A DNA stretch of 64,000 bases from contig JAQBVF010000018.1 in NCBI GenBank assembly GCA_027623675.1, forward strand, positions 13,356-77,355, in the 5' to 3' direction. A program made the translations under genes and the position numbers. The notes below the pieces were generated by a model. That model was given only the letters and a program-made list of their open reading frames with translations, searched no databases and was not told the DNA's origin. This DNA comes from Chloroflexota bacterium (GTDB lineage Bacteria; Chloroflexota; Dehalococcoidia; Lucifugimonadales; UBA3495). Position 1 is the stretch's first letter; every line of letters starts with the position of its first letter. Of the stretch, positions 1 through 9,692 are shown one piece after another.

Positions 1-32
1 TCGGTTGGGAATGTTGTTCGGGTAAACGACGC

Positions 33-62
33 AGGGGCATCCCGACACATCGGGATGCCCCT
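33..62 (-). terminator. Perfect 13-bp hairpin downstream of LLM gene, probable terminator
   Basis: AGGGGCATCCCGA-CACA-TCGGGATGCCCCT about 45 nt past the stop at 108; U-tract weak. Confidence 0.5.
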
Positions 63-107
63 TGCCGATGGCTCAGCGCCTTATGAATCGGAGACGCCGG
101 CCTAGCT

Positions 108-1271
108 CTACCGGTCGGCGTAGACCTGCTTGGCCCGGTCGATGGCCCGGGCGCGGCCGGCCACCAAGGCTTCCTGCCGTTCCGTCGCCCACTGGTTGGA
201 GGCGAAGGTGCTGGCCACGGTGCCCTGGAACTGGGGCATGACATAGCGTGCCATGAGCTCGTAGCTGTGCAGCATCTTCTCCCGCGACGTCCAGTCGATG
301 GTCTGCACCAGGAACCCGCCGAACCCGCCGCTCTGCTCCTGCAGCCGGTTGATTGCTTCGATACAGTCGTCGGGAGTGCCCACGATCCAGGAACCGGCCT
401 CAGCCATGTTATCGACCACTTTGTCAAAGGGGCCGTCGAAGACCGGCTTCCTGCCGTTGGTGCCTTCAGAATACTCACGCAGATACCGGGCAGAGCCCAT
501 CCGGATGTCGTCCAAGGCTTCTTTCTTGGACTCGGCAAGGTGCACGGGTAGGACCAGTCTCCAGTCGTGACGGTTCATGGTTTGATCGTGCTCCGCCGCT
601 GATTCCTCGGCGATCGACCAGAGGCCCTTGAGGTCTGAAGGGCCGGCTGACGGGTCTCGCGGCACCGTGATGGTCAAAACCGATGCCCCGTGCTTCCCCG
701 CCAGCGCGACACCGGCCGGGGTCTGGATGGATGCAACCGCCACCGGCATGTGGGGCTGTTGGTAGGGCCGCAATTGGAGCATCCCCTCGTTGAGTTCGAA
801 CCAATCGGACTTGTAGGTGATCGGCTCGGTCTCAGTGAACAGACGCATGATGATTCCCAATGATTCGTCCATCCGCTCCCGTTGGGTCTCGTGGGGGATG
901 CCCATCATGTAGGCGTCTCCTGGCAGGGCCCCTGGCCCCACTCCAAATAAGACCCGGCCGCGGCTCATGTGATCGAGCTGCACCATGCGGTTTGCCACCA
1001 TCAGAGGGTGGTGGTAAGGCAGGCTTACGACCCCGGTGCCCAGTTTGATGTACCGGGTCCTTTGGGAGGCGGCGGCGATGAACACCTCGGGCGAAGAGAT
1101 GATCTCCCAGCCGGCCGAGTGGTGTTCACCGACCCACACCTCGTCGAAGCCCAGGTTGTCCATCCAGTCAACCAGGTCCAGGTCGCGGTCCATGGCCAAG
1201 GTTGGGTTCTCTCCGACGCGGTGAAACGGACCCAGGAACGAACCGAATTTCATTCGCTTTGGCATGTCCAT
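108..1271 (-). CDS. LLM-class flavin-dependent oxidoreductase (limonene 1,2-monooxygenase-like)
   Basis: GFDEVWVGEHHS, LGTGVVSLPYHHP, LDHMSRGR, GVGPGALP and VGTPDDC motifs of the luciferase-like fold. Confidence 0.9.
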   Translation of the reverse strand: MDMPKRMKFGSFLGPFHRVGENPTLAMDRDLDLVDWMDNLGFDEVWVGEHHSAGWEIISSPEVFIAAASQRTRYIKLGTGVVSLPYHHPLMVANRMVQLDHMSRGRVLFGVGPGALPGDAYMMGIPHETQRERMDESLGIIMRLFTETEPITYKSDWFELNEGMLQLRPYQQPHMPVAVASIQTPAGVALAGKHGASVLTITVPRDPSAGPSDLKGLWSIAEESAAEHDQTMNRHDWRLVLPVHLAESKKEALDDIRMGSARYLREYSEGTNGRKPVFDGPFDKVVDNMAEAGSWIVGTPDDCIEAINRLQEQSGGFGGFLVQTIDWTSREKMLHSYELMARYVMPQFQGTVASTFASNQWATERQEALVAGRARAIDRAKQVYADR

Positions 1272-1479
1272 GCTTCTCTTCCTCGTTTATCCTTTTTGGC
1301 GCGTTTGTCTGCTTGCCCAGACCCGGTCCCGTGCGTGCCTAAGTTGAATGGGAAACAGTTAGGTCAGTTTACTCCCCGGTGAGTTTAAATCCAAATCCGG
1401 CCGGGCCACCCCCACGGCCCCGGTATTTTGCTAGAATGCCTTAGATCGACCTGAGCCTGCGCCCTGAGCCAGAAAGAGC

Positions 1480-2910
1480 ATGACGACCGACAACATGGAA
1501 ACCGCCTATCAGGCGTTCTTAATATCTGATCCGGTGTTTGAGACCACCAAGCCTTTAGACGACCTGCGCCGCACCGATTACGGGCGTCTGGACCGGTTGG
1601 GGCAGGTGTTCCTCGACTACACCGGCGGCGGATTGTACGGGGATTCTCAGATACGTCGGTTCGCCGAATTGCTGGACGGCAGCGTGTTTGGGAATCCCCA
1701 TTCGGACAGCCCCGCGTCATCGGCGACCACTGAGTTGGTTGAGCGGGCCCGGTCCTTGGTCTTGGAGTATTTCAACTCCCCGCCTGGCGAGTACGTGGCC
1801 ATCTTCACGCCCAACGCCACTGGGGCCATCAAGCTGGTGGGCGAGGCATACCCATTCCAGCCTGGCGACCGGTACCTGCTGACTTTCGACAACCACAACT
1901 CGATCAATGGGGTACGAGAGTTCGCCAGGACCGCTGGGGGAGACGTTACCTACGTGCCGGTGCAGCCTCCCGACCTGCGCCTGGACGAAGCCCAGCTACG
2001 CGAACAACTGGACCACCCCAATGAGGGCGGCCACAACCTGTTCGCCTATCCCTCCCAGTCCAACTTCTCGGGCGTGCAGCATTCGATGGACTGGACCGCC
2101 TACGCCCAGGATAGGGGTTGGGACGTACTGCTGGACTGCGCGGCCTTCGCCCCGACCAACCGGCTGGACCTGAGTGAGACGCATCCCGACTTCGTGCCCC
2201 TGTCCTTCTACAAGATGTTCGGTTATCCCACGGGCGTGGGGTGCCTGTTGGCCCGGAAAAGCGCCCTGGCCAAGCTCATCAGGCCCTGGTTCGCCGGAGG
2301 CACCATCACCATCGCGTCGGTGCAGGCGGAAAGGCATTTCTTGGCCGAGGGCGAGCAGGCTTTCGAGGAAGGAACGCTGAACTACCTGAACATCCCCGCC
2401 GTGGAGATAGGCTTAAAACACCTTCAGTCGGTTGGAATCGAGATGATCCACGCCCGGGTGATGAGCCTGACATCCTGGCTGTTGTCGAACCTGCTTGAGC
2501 TGCGCCACAGCACCGGCGCGCCGGTGGTACGGGTCTACGGCCCGACCAACATGGAGGCCCGTGGGGGCACGCTGACGATCAACTTCTTTGACCCCAAAGA
2601 AGCCTTGATCGACCACCGCCGCATCGACGACCTGGCGGGGCGGGTTGGGATATCCCTGCGGACCGGCTGCTTCTGCAACCCGGGGGCGGGGGAGATGGCC
2701 CACGGCCTGACCGAGGAAGACATGGCCCTGGCGTTCGAGAACAGCGAACGCATGACCTTTGAGCAGTTCTTGGCTGTGCTGGAAGACCGGGAAGGCAAGA
2801 GCGCCGGGGCGGTCCGCATATCCATCGGACTGGCCTCCAACTTCGCCGACGTCTACCGGTTCTGGGAGTTCGCCCAGAGCTTCATCGACCAGGTGGCCGG
2901 AGAAGTCTGA
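1480..2910 (+). CDS. Aminotransferase class V PLP enzyme, similar to the NifS-like domain of molybdenum cofactor sulfurase
   Basis: FLDYTG, GNPHS, DNHNS, SFYKMFGYPTG (PLP Lys) and RTGCFCNPG motifs; no MOSC domain visible. Confidence 0.85.
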   Translation: MTTDNMETAYQAFLISDPVFETTKPLDDLRRTDYGRLDRLGQVFLDYTGGGLYGDSQIRRFAELLDGSVFGNPHSDSPASSATTELVERARSLVLEYFNSPPGEYVAIFTPNATGAIKLVGEAYPFQPGDRYLLTFDNHNSINGVREFARTAGGDVTYVPVQPPDLRLDEAQLREQLDHPNEGGHNLFAYPSQSNFSGVQHSMDWTAYAQDRGWDVLLDCAAFAPTNRLDLSETHPDFVPLSFYKMFGYPTGVGCLLARKSALAKLIRPWFAGGTITIASVQAERHFLAEGEQAFEEGTLNYLNIPAVEIGLKHLQSVGIEMIHARVMSLTSWLLSNLLELRHSTGAPVVRVYGPTNMEARGGTLTINFFDPKEALIDHRRIDDLAGRVGISLRTGCFCNPGAGEMAHGLTEEDMALAFENSERMTFEQFLAVLEDREGKSAGAVRISIGLASNFADVYRFWEFAQSFIDQVAGEV

Positions 2911-2979
2911 CCCAGGCCATATAGCCATATATCTGACGAAATATCTGACGAAACACACGAGAACATGGAGGAACCCCCG

Positions 2980-4740
2980 ATGCCCGTTAAAGGGACCACG
3001 CTAACCAGCCTAAGGCCGTTGATGCAGGGGCAGAACGGCATGGTAGTCGCCAGTCATCCCGCCGCCGCCATGGCCGGACTGGAAGTGCTGCGGAAGGGCG
3101 GCAACGCCATCGATGCCGGAGTGGCCGTTGGTTTGGCGTTGAACGTAGTGCACGTGGACGATTGCAGCTTCCTGGGCGTGGCCCCGACGGTGATCTACCT
3201 GGCCGGCCGCAAAGAGGTGACGACGATTGACGGGCTGGGCGTCTGGCCCCAGGCGGCATCGGTTGACTACTTCCGGAAGAACCACGGCGGCAAGATGCCG
3301 GCCGGCGTGCTCTCGTCCATAACTCCGGCGGCGGCCGATGCCTGGATCACGGCCCTGTCGCGGTTCGGCACCATGACCTTCGGCCAAGTGGCGTCCGCGG
3401 CGACGGAATTGGCCGGCAACGGGTTCCCCATGTTCCGCTATCTGGCGGACCGGTTCAAGACCGCCTACGACCAATACAACACCTACCCGACGACCGCCGA
3501 GATCTACCTGCCCGGCGGGCGCGCCCCCAAACGAGGGGAGATGTTTTACCAGAAGGACCTGGCGGCAACGTTAGCCCGGGTTGCCGAGATCGAAAGCTCC
3601 AACGCCGGTCAGGGCCGGGAAGCGGCGCTACAGGCGGCCAGAGACTACATCTACACCGGCGAGTTGGGTAAGAAGATCGCGGCCTACAACCAGGAGATGG
3701 GCGGTCTGCTCACCGAAGATGACCTGGCCCGGTATCACGTGCAGGTGGCCCCGCCGGTAACCGTGAATTACAGAGGTTACGACGTCTACAGCACCGGGCC
3801 GTGGGGGCAGGGCCCCACGTTCCCCCAGGCGCTGAAGATACTAGAGGGCTTCGACCTGGCTGGCATGGGCCACAACTCGGCCCAGTACATCCACACGGTC
3901 AACCAGGCCCTGAATCTGGCGTTCGCCGACCGGGAACAGTACACCGGCGACCCGGATTTCGTGGACGTTCCCATCAAGGAGATGCTCTCCGAGGAATATC
4001 TGTCCCAGCGCCGGTCCATGATCGACCCGGACCTGGCCTGGCCCGGCACTCCTCCGGCGGGCGACCCCCGCGGCCTCAAGGCGGCGTTGAACGGCGGCCC
4101 AACTTCGCCCCGCGACGCGGCGGAGCCGGTTGGGACGGCCGGAGTCAGCGGCGGCGGGACATCTTATTTCGCCGTGATCGACCGCGACGGCAACATCTTT
4201 TCCAGCACGCCCAGCGAAGGGACCAAGAACGGTGGGCCGATAATCCCGGGCACCGGCCTGGCCTTCTCGCTGCGGGGCACCCAGTCGAAGTTGGACGAGA
4301 ACCATGCGGCGTCCCTCCAACCGGGCAAGCGGCCCAGGCTCACTCCCGCGCCGGCCCTGGTGCTGCGGGACGGCGAGCCGGTGATGGCGCTGGGCGCGCA
4401 CGGCGGCGACCACATCCCCCAGGGCACCCTCCAATTGCTGTTGAACGTGCTGGAATTCGGACTGGACCCCCAGGAGGCCGTGGAGGAACCCCGGTTCTAC
4501 AGCTATAACTTCCCAAGCTCCAACTGGGCATCCAAGTACGAGCCTGGAATGTTGCGCCTGGAGGGCCGGATCCCAGGCGAGGTTGCCGACAGCCTGCGGC
4601 AGAAGGGCCACACCATCGAGCAATACCCCGACTGGTGGGAGGGTTCGGCGTTATACGGGGTTATCACCCGCAACCCGGAGACCAAGGTGCTACAAGGGGG
4701 CGCCGACCCCCGGAGCGAAGCCTATGCGGTTGGATATTAG
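2980..4740 (+). CDS. Gamma-glutamyltransferase family protein
   Basis: GMVVASHPAA, GGNAIDA, nucleophile Thr in GGTSYFAVIDRDGN, PGKRP, GGADPR; GGAGGA RBS favours ATG at 2980 over 2965. Confidence 0.9.
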   Translation: MPVKGTTLTSLRPLMQGQNGMVVASHPAAAMAGLEVLRKGGNAIDAGVAVGLALNVVHVDDCSFLGVAPTVIYLAGRKEVTTIDGLGVWPQAASVDYFRKNHGGKMPAGVLSSITPAAADAWITALSRFGTMTFGQVASAATELAGNGFPMFRYLADRFKTAYDQYNTYPTTAEIYLPGGRAPKRGEMFYQKDLAATLARVAEIESSNAGQGREAALQAARDYIYTGELGKKIAAYNQEMGGLLTEDDLARYHVQVAPPVTVNYRGYDVYSTGPWGQGPTFPQALKILEGFDLAGMGHNSAQYIHTVNQALNLAFADREQYTGDPDFVDVPIKEMLSEEYLSQRRSMIDPDLAWPGTPPAGDPRGLKAALNGGPTSPRDAAEPVGTAGVSGGGTSYFAVIDRDGNIFSSTPSEGTKNGGPIIPGTGLAFSLRGTQSKLDENHAASLQPGKRPRLTPAPALVLRDGEPVMALGAHGGDHIPQGTLQLLLNVLEFGLDPQEAVEEPRFYSYNFPSSNWASKYEPGMLRLEGRIPGEVADSLRQKGHTIEQYPDWWEGSALYGVITRNPETKVLQGGADPRSEAYAVGY

Positions 4741-4917
4741 GGTCGCGTTTTTTGTGCGACGCCCCTGATCTGTCACCCCGGTCCTTCTGGAGAAGGAGAG
4801 GGGTCTCATTGCTCTCGGACAGCACTGGTGATCTAGCAAAGAGGTTCTTCGGCTGACGCCTAATAATTACAGAATCAGAGCGGCGGAAAAGGGATTCATG
4901 AAAACCAGGAGGCCTGG

Positions 4918-6276
4918 ATGCCTGACCTAGAGAACCTGTTGGACCAAGTCGATGAGATGCGCGACCAGATCGTGGCGCTGGAGCAGGACTTGGTGCGCAT
5001 ACCCACGGTTAACACTGGAGCCATGCCCACGGGCAACGAGACTGAGGCCTGCCTATATTTGGAGAAATGGCTAGCAGCCGATGGCATCCATTCGGAGACC
5101 ATCGAGTCCGCTCCGGGCCGGGGTAACCTGATCGCCCGGCTGGAGGGTAACTCGGGCAAGGCCGGGTTGATGTTCATGTCCCATCTAGACGTGGTGCCGG
5201 TGGAGGAAGAGGAGAAATGGCGCTTCCCTCCCTTCAGCGCCACGGTGGCGGATGGCCGGGTCTTTGGCCGGGGGGCGTCGGACTGCAAAGCGCTACTGAC
5301 CTGCCAACTTATCGCCATGCGCATCCTCAAGCGGAATGGCATCGAGCTTAAGGACAGTCTGATCTTGGCTTCCTGCGCCGACGAGGAGCACGGTGGGCGC
5401 TACGGGTTCGGCTGGATGGCCGAGCATCACCCCGAGAAGCTGGCCGCGCCCTTCGCGGTGAACGAAGGCGGCGGCGTGCCCATCCAGGCGGCAGGCGCTC
5501 TGACTTACCTGTTGGGCATCGGCGAGAAGGGCCGGCTGCAATTGGAGATCGAGGTCCGTGGCGCCAGCGCCCACGCGTCCACTCCCTGGCAGGGCTCCAA
5601 CGCCCTGTTCGGCCTGTCGGAGGTCGTGAAGCGCATCGAAGCCTATGAGCCGGAACGGGACACATCCACCAGCCTGTTCGAGCACCTGTCCACGTTCGCC
5701 ATCGAGGACAAACCCTCGGCGGCCAACATCGACCAGATCATCGCCGATAACGAAGAGAAGCAGCCGCGGTTCGCGTCCATCATGAAGGCCCTGTCCCGCA
5801 TGACCATCACGCCCACCATGATCCAGGGCGGCATCAAGTCCAACAGTGTGCCGGAGACCGTGCGGCTGACCTGCGACGTGCGGACCCTGCCCCATCAGGA
5901 CGAGGCCTACGTGCGGCAGGAGTTGGACAAGATACTGGACGGCATCCCCGGCGTGACGATCGACATCGACTATATGTCGGTGCCCAACTCGTCGCCCTTC
6001 GAGACCGAATTCGCCCACCGGATCCAGATCAGCACGGCCAACGCGCTAAAGCGGGACGATATCCAGTGGGTTCCGTCGCTGAACACCGGGTTCACCGACT
6101 CGCGGTTCACCCGCAACCTGGGCACCACCACCTACGGCATGGTGGGCTCCCACCCCGACGACGACCCCATGATCAGCTTCATCCACGGCACCAACGAGTC
6201 GGTGGGTATCAGAAGTCTGATCAGCGGCACGCGGATAATGCTGGCCCTGGCCTACGACATCCTAGCCGTGAAGTAG
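4918..6276 (+). CDS. M20/M25/M40 family metallopeptidase/amidohydrolase
   Basis: SHLDVVP, GRGASDCK, ADEEHGG, NEGG, GFTDSR, HGTNE metal-binding motifs. Confidence 0.9.
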   Translation: MPDLENLLDQVDEMRDQIVALEQDLVRIPTVNTGAMPTGNETEACLYLEKWLAADGIHSETIESAPGRGNLIARLEGNSGKAGLMFMSHLDVVPVEEEEKWRFPPFSATVADGRVFGRGASDCKALLTCQLIAMRILKRNGIELKDSLILASCADEEHGGRYGFGWMAEHHPEKLAAPFAVNEGGGVPIQAAGALTYLLGIGEKGRLQLEIEVRGASAHASTPWQGSNALFGLSEVVKRIEAYEPERDTSTSLFEHLSTFAIEDKPSAANIDQIIADNEEKQPRFASIMKALSRMTITPTMIQGGIKSNSVPETVRLTCDVRTLPHQDEAYVRQELDKILDGIPGVTIDIDYMSVPNSSPFETEFAHRIQISTANALKRDDIQWVPSLNTGFTDSRFTRNLGTTTYGMVGSHPDDDPMISFIHGTNESVGIRSLISGTRIMLALAYDILAVK

Positions 6277-6340
6277 GTCCCAAAGGGACATTTAGTAGGG
6301 GGCGACCGTCCCAACTACAGCCTGACCTGGAGGTCTCGAC

Positions 6341-6850
6341 ATGATCACTGACCCTGATGTCTTTTTGCGGTATTTCCAGTCTTTCCACCGGCGGACGCTG
6401 CGGGACATCCAAGCCCTGCCCGAGGCGGCGGAGGGTTGGGAGCCGTCGACCGGAGAGGGCGAGAAGGGCTGGGGAATCGCCAAGATCGTCTACCATATCG
6501 CCGAGTCCCGGTTGTACTTCGCTTCGGCTTACCGGGGCGAGGGGTGGCGGTACGACTGGTCGCCGGGAAGCACTGAGCAGCAGTCGGGCTGGCTGCCCGC
6601 GCTGGAAACCTCGGCGGTCGAATTCCAGAAGCGCATCGAGGGTACGCCCAAGGAGTGGCTTGATCGCCGTATCAAGATGATCGACACCGACGGCATGCTA
6701 AGCGGCTGGCGCATCCTGATGATGCTGTTGGAACACGAGGTCCACCACCGCTCACAGATCGACACCTACGCCGGCCTGGAAGGCTGGGACGTGCCCCAGA
6801 TCTACGGCCGCACCCGCGAGCAGATCGACGAACTGCAAGACCGGCAGTAG
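6341..6850 (+). CDS. DinB family protein
   Basis: HIAE and HEVHHRSQI His triad; GGAGG RBS. Confidence 0.8.
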   Translation: MITDPDVFLRYFQSFHRRTLRDIQALPEAAEGWEPSTGEGEKGWGIAKIVYHIAESRLYFASAYRGEGWRYDWSPGSTEQQSGWLPALETSAVEFQKRIEGTPKEWLDRRIKMIDTDGMLSGWRILMMLLEHEVHHRSQIDTYAGLEGWDVPQIYGRTREQIDELQDRQ

Positions 6851-6863
6851 GCGGTCTACCCGG

Positions 6864-7670
6864 TCAATACGTCTCAATTTCCTCAGGGGCAACACCAAGG
6901 TGGAGCGCTAGGGAATCTAGAGTCTTCTGATGCACCGTTTTCACTTCACCGCGTTCGATGCGGCCGACTTCCTTGGCGCTGAGACTTGGCGAAAAATCGC
7001 TCTGCTTCAAGCCTTTCTGTAGCCTGAGCCGGCGCAAAGCCCCGCCGAAAGAGTCATCCGAATCCAAACGTCGTTCTTTATCCCTGCGGCGATAGGATGG
7101 ATCGAATTCGTACAAGATCGCATCTGCGCCAGCTTCAAATTCGCCCAACCTAACGGTCTGGCCAAAGTCGATTATCTCGAAGTCGTCTGGATCTGGCTGA
7201 GGAGAATTCGGTCCAGCTTCGAACCACGACAGCGGCAGTGTTATGGGCTCAAGATTGCCCCGGTATAAGATTACCGAATCATTTGCCTTATCGATCGTTC
7301 CGCCAAGGAAGAAATCTTCGCTGTCTGCGGAAGCAAAGATTTCTGCGATCTCTCCCAGCGGGAGCAGCTTGAGTTGGTCGTCGGGCGATACCACTCGGCT
7401 GAATTTGGCATCAAGGTAATGCTTGATTGACCCTTCGGTTGGTTCTAAACATAAAAGGCGATGGTTCCCCTTCGGACTTCCAACAATGTTGCCTAGCAGG
7501 AGCATATCGGAATGACGGGGCGCGAGCCAGACAAAATTCGACGCTGCCGTGGCATACAATTCCCGAACGTCCTCGTTAGTGCGCGCGATAGTTGCACCAA
7601 TTTCAGACCAGATATCGGCGATATCCGGGTCATCGCTAACCAATATTCGGTTATCTTTCTTCGTCGTCAT
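6864..7670 (-). CDS. XRE-HTH protein with DUF2442-like middle region, putative antitoxin
   Basis: C-terminal LRRLRLQKGLKQSDF...VGRIERG HTH; LPLSWF...FEIIDFGQTV segment; overlaps upstream small ORF; visibly lower GC. Confidence 0.65.
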   Translation of the reverse strand: MTTKKDNRILVSDDPDIADIWSEIGATIARTNEDVRELYATAASNFVWLAPRHSDMLLLGNIVGSPKGNHRLLCLEPTEGSIKHYLDAKFSRVVSPDDQLKLLPLGEIAEIFASADSEDFFLGGTIDKANDSVILYRGNLEPITLPLSWFEAGPNSPQPDPDDFEIIDFGQTVRLGEFEAGADAILYEFDPSYRRRDKERRLDSDDSFGGALRRLRLQKGLKQSDFSPSLSAKEVGRIERGEVKTVHQKTLDSLALHLGVAPEEIETY

Positions 7671-7941
7671 GGTGCCCTAGGATGGGATTATTGGGGTACA
7701 TCTGGTCCCATTCATTGCAGAGGGAGGTGTAGTTCTTGAGGATCTGTTCCATCAGCACTTCAGGGACATCTGATGGCATGGGAGTTTTGTCCATGAATCG
7801 ACGCTCTCTGAGATTCCAACGCCATAATCTGCCCCTGCGAAGGATCGTGAGATGAGGAGCTTCCCGGATCTCCTTGTCCCGAATCTTTACCTGCCACCCC
7901 TGATTTTTTAGATTCACCGGAAGCGGGAATGAAAACGCCAA
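7651..7941 (-). CDS. DUF4160-like small protein, putative toxin
   Basis: 96 aa, VKIRDKEIREAPHLTI motif and terminal EWDQMYP; TTG start with GGGAG RBS. Confidence 0.55.
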   Translation of the reverse strand: MAFSFPLPVNLKNQGWQVKIRDKEIREAPHLTILRRGRLWRWNLRERRFMDKTPMPSDVPEVLMEQILKNYTSLCNEWDQMYPNNPILGHHDDEER

Positions 7942-7962
7942 ACTACTTTGCTCCCATTATTA

Positions 7963-7997
7963 TATGTCCTTTGTTATGAAATTGCCAAAAGGACATA
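7963..7997. promoter_or_regulatory. Inverted-repeat operator upstream of putative TA operon
   Basis: TATGTCCTTT-N15-AAAGGACATA perfect 10-bp inverted repeat in AT-rich promoter region. Confidence 0.55.
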
Positions 7998-8041
7998 ATT
8001 CGCAATTGGAGTCAGTTGTGGCCGTTCAGCAACAATGCCGT

Positions 8042-9520
8042 TCAGATGGGGAGCGCCGCCGGCGGGATGCGTTGGTTCCAGGTTACGGCTTGCTCGTAGG
8101 CGTGGGCCACGCGTAGGACGGTTGCCTCGTCGAAGGGGCGTCCGGCGATCTGCATGGCCAACGGCAGGCCGCCGCTATCATTTATCCCTTCCCCACCCGC
8201 CCTACTTGGGTCTGAAGTGAAGCCGCAGAGGATGGACAGGGCTGGGGCGCCGCTGAGGCTGTAGGGGCCACGGAACCCACCGGCGGCCAGCGCGCTTTTG
8301 GCGCCGTCTTGGCTCACCACGTTCTGGTCCATGTTGATGATGTTGGCTGGGCGTCCGGACGTGGGTTGGATCAGGACATCGACGTCTTCCAGCAGGCCGA
8401 GCACCTGGTTCCGCACCATGGTCCGCAGCTTTTGGGCTTTGTAGTAGACCTGGGCGGGTATCAGGTTGGCGGTGGTGAAGTGCACGCGGGTGTTGTAGTG
8501 GTAGTCTTCGGGGCGTTCCCGCAGCCATTCGGGCCGCAGGCTCACCCGGTCCACATGGGTGATGGCGCGGGTGATGTAGCCTGTCTTCTCGGCCAGGGGC
8601 ATGGACACCTCACGCACCTCAGCGCCCAGCTCGGCCAGCACGGTGATGGCGGCCAAAACCGCCTCGCGCATCTGCGGGTCCAGGTCCAGTTCTACGGGGT
8701 CGATCAACTCTTTGACCACGCCCACCTTCAGGCCCTTCAGGTCTCCGGTCAAAGCCGCTTGGTAGTCGGGCACCGGCGCCCGGTGGGTGGACGGGTCCTT
8801 GGGGTCGTAGCCCGCTATCCCGCCGATGGTGATGGCGCAGTCCTCCACGGTGCGGGAGATCGGCCCGATGGTGTCGAAGGACCAGCCGGCGCCGTCCACG
8901 CCGTATCGGCTGACCCGGCCCCAGGTTGGGCGCAGTCCCACCAGGCCGCAATTGGCCGCCGGACCACGGATGGAACCGCCGGTGTCCTCGCCAAGGGACG
9001 TGGCGCAGAGGCGGGCGGCGGTGGCGGCGCCGGAGCCGGTGGAGGATACGCCGGGACTTCGGGACAGGTCCCAGGGATTGCGCGCCGGGCCGAAGGCCGA
9101 GCTCTGTGGCTCGCCGTGGGCGAACTCGCTCATGTTCAGCTTGCCCAGCAGGATGGCCCCGGCCTGCTTGAGGTTCGCGACAACCGTGGCGTCCTCTTTG
9201 GGCACGAAGTCGGAACGTATCTTGGAGGCGTCGGTGGTGCGCACGCCCTTGGTGTAGATCTGGTCTTTAACGGCGATGGGGATGCCGTGCAATGGCCCCC
9301 GGTACCCGCCGCGGCGTATCTCGGCCTCAGCCTGCAGGGCTTCCTGACGGGCCTGGTCGGCGGTAACGGTGATGTATGAATTGACCTTGGGGTCGATGCG
9401 GTCGATGCGCTCCAAATAAGCTTCCACCGCTTCGGTCGGAGAGACCTGCCGGGCCTTGATGGCGGCGCCCAACTCCGTTGCGGACAGGAAGGCTATGTCC
9501 CCTATGTCATTCATGGCCAT
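8042..9520 (-). CDS. Amidase signature family protein
   Basis: PLHGIPIAVKD, GKLNMSEFA, SPGVSSTGS, GEDTGGSIRGPA (Ser-cisSer-Lys triad). Confidence 0.9.
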   Translation of the reverse strand: MAMNDIGDIAFLSATELGAAIKARQVSPTEAVEAYLERIDRIDPKVNSYITVTADQARQEALQAEAEIRRGGYRGPLHGIPIAVKDQIYTKGVRTTDASKIRSDFVPKEDATVVANLKQAGAILLGKLNMSEFAHGEPQSSAFGPARNPWDLSRSPGVSSTGSGAATAARLCATSLGEDTGGSIRGPAANCGLVGLRPTWGRVSRYGVDGAGWSFDTIGPISRTVEDCAITIGGIAGYDPKDPSTHRAPVPDYQAALTGDLKGLKVGVVKELIDPVELDLDPQMREAVLAAITVLAELGAEVREVSMPLAEKTGYITRAITHVDRVSLRPEWLRERPEDYHYNTRVHFTTANLIPAQVYYKAQKLRTMVRNQVLGLLEDVDVLIQPTSGRPANIINMDQNVVSQDGAKSALAAGGFRGPYSLSGAPALSILCGFTSDPSRAGGEGINDSGGLPLAMQIAGRPFDEATVLRVAHAYEQAVTWNQRIPPAALPI

Positions 9521-9692
9521 GATGTACCTCCATGCTCTTTCGATGCTCCGATTATGCTCCGACGTCGGTCCCCTGCTCCAATTTCCATGTCACCCATGGC
9601 GGTTGGCGGGTTGAGAGTGGTTAGATTCCTCGTCGCTTAACTTTTCGGAACGACAGATGTGAAGTAGGCTCCGATTCCCGAATTTGTGGGAG

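Noticed and set aside
8042..9520. gatA (Glu-tRNA amidotransferase subunit A)
   Set aside because: No gatB/gatC neighbours and a divergent signature (GVSSTGS); treated as a generic amidase.
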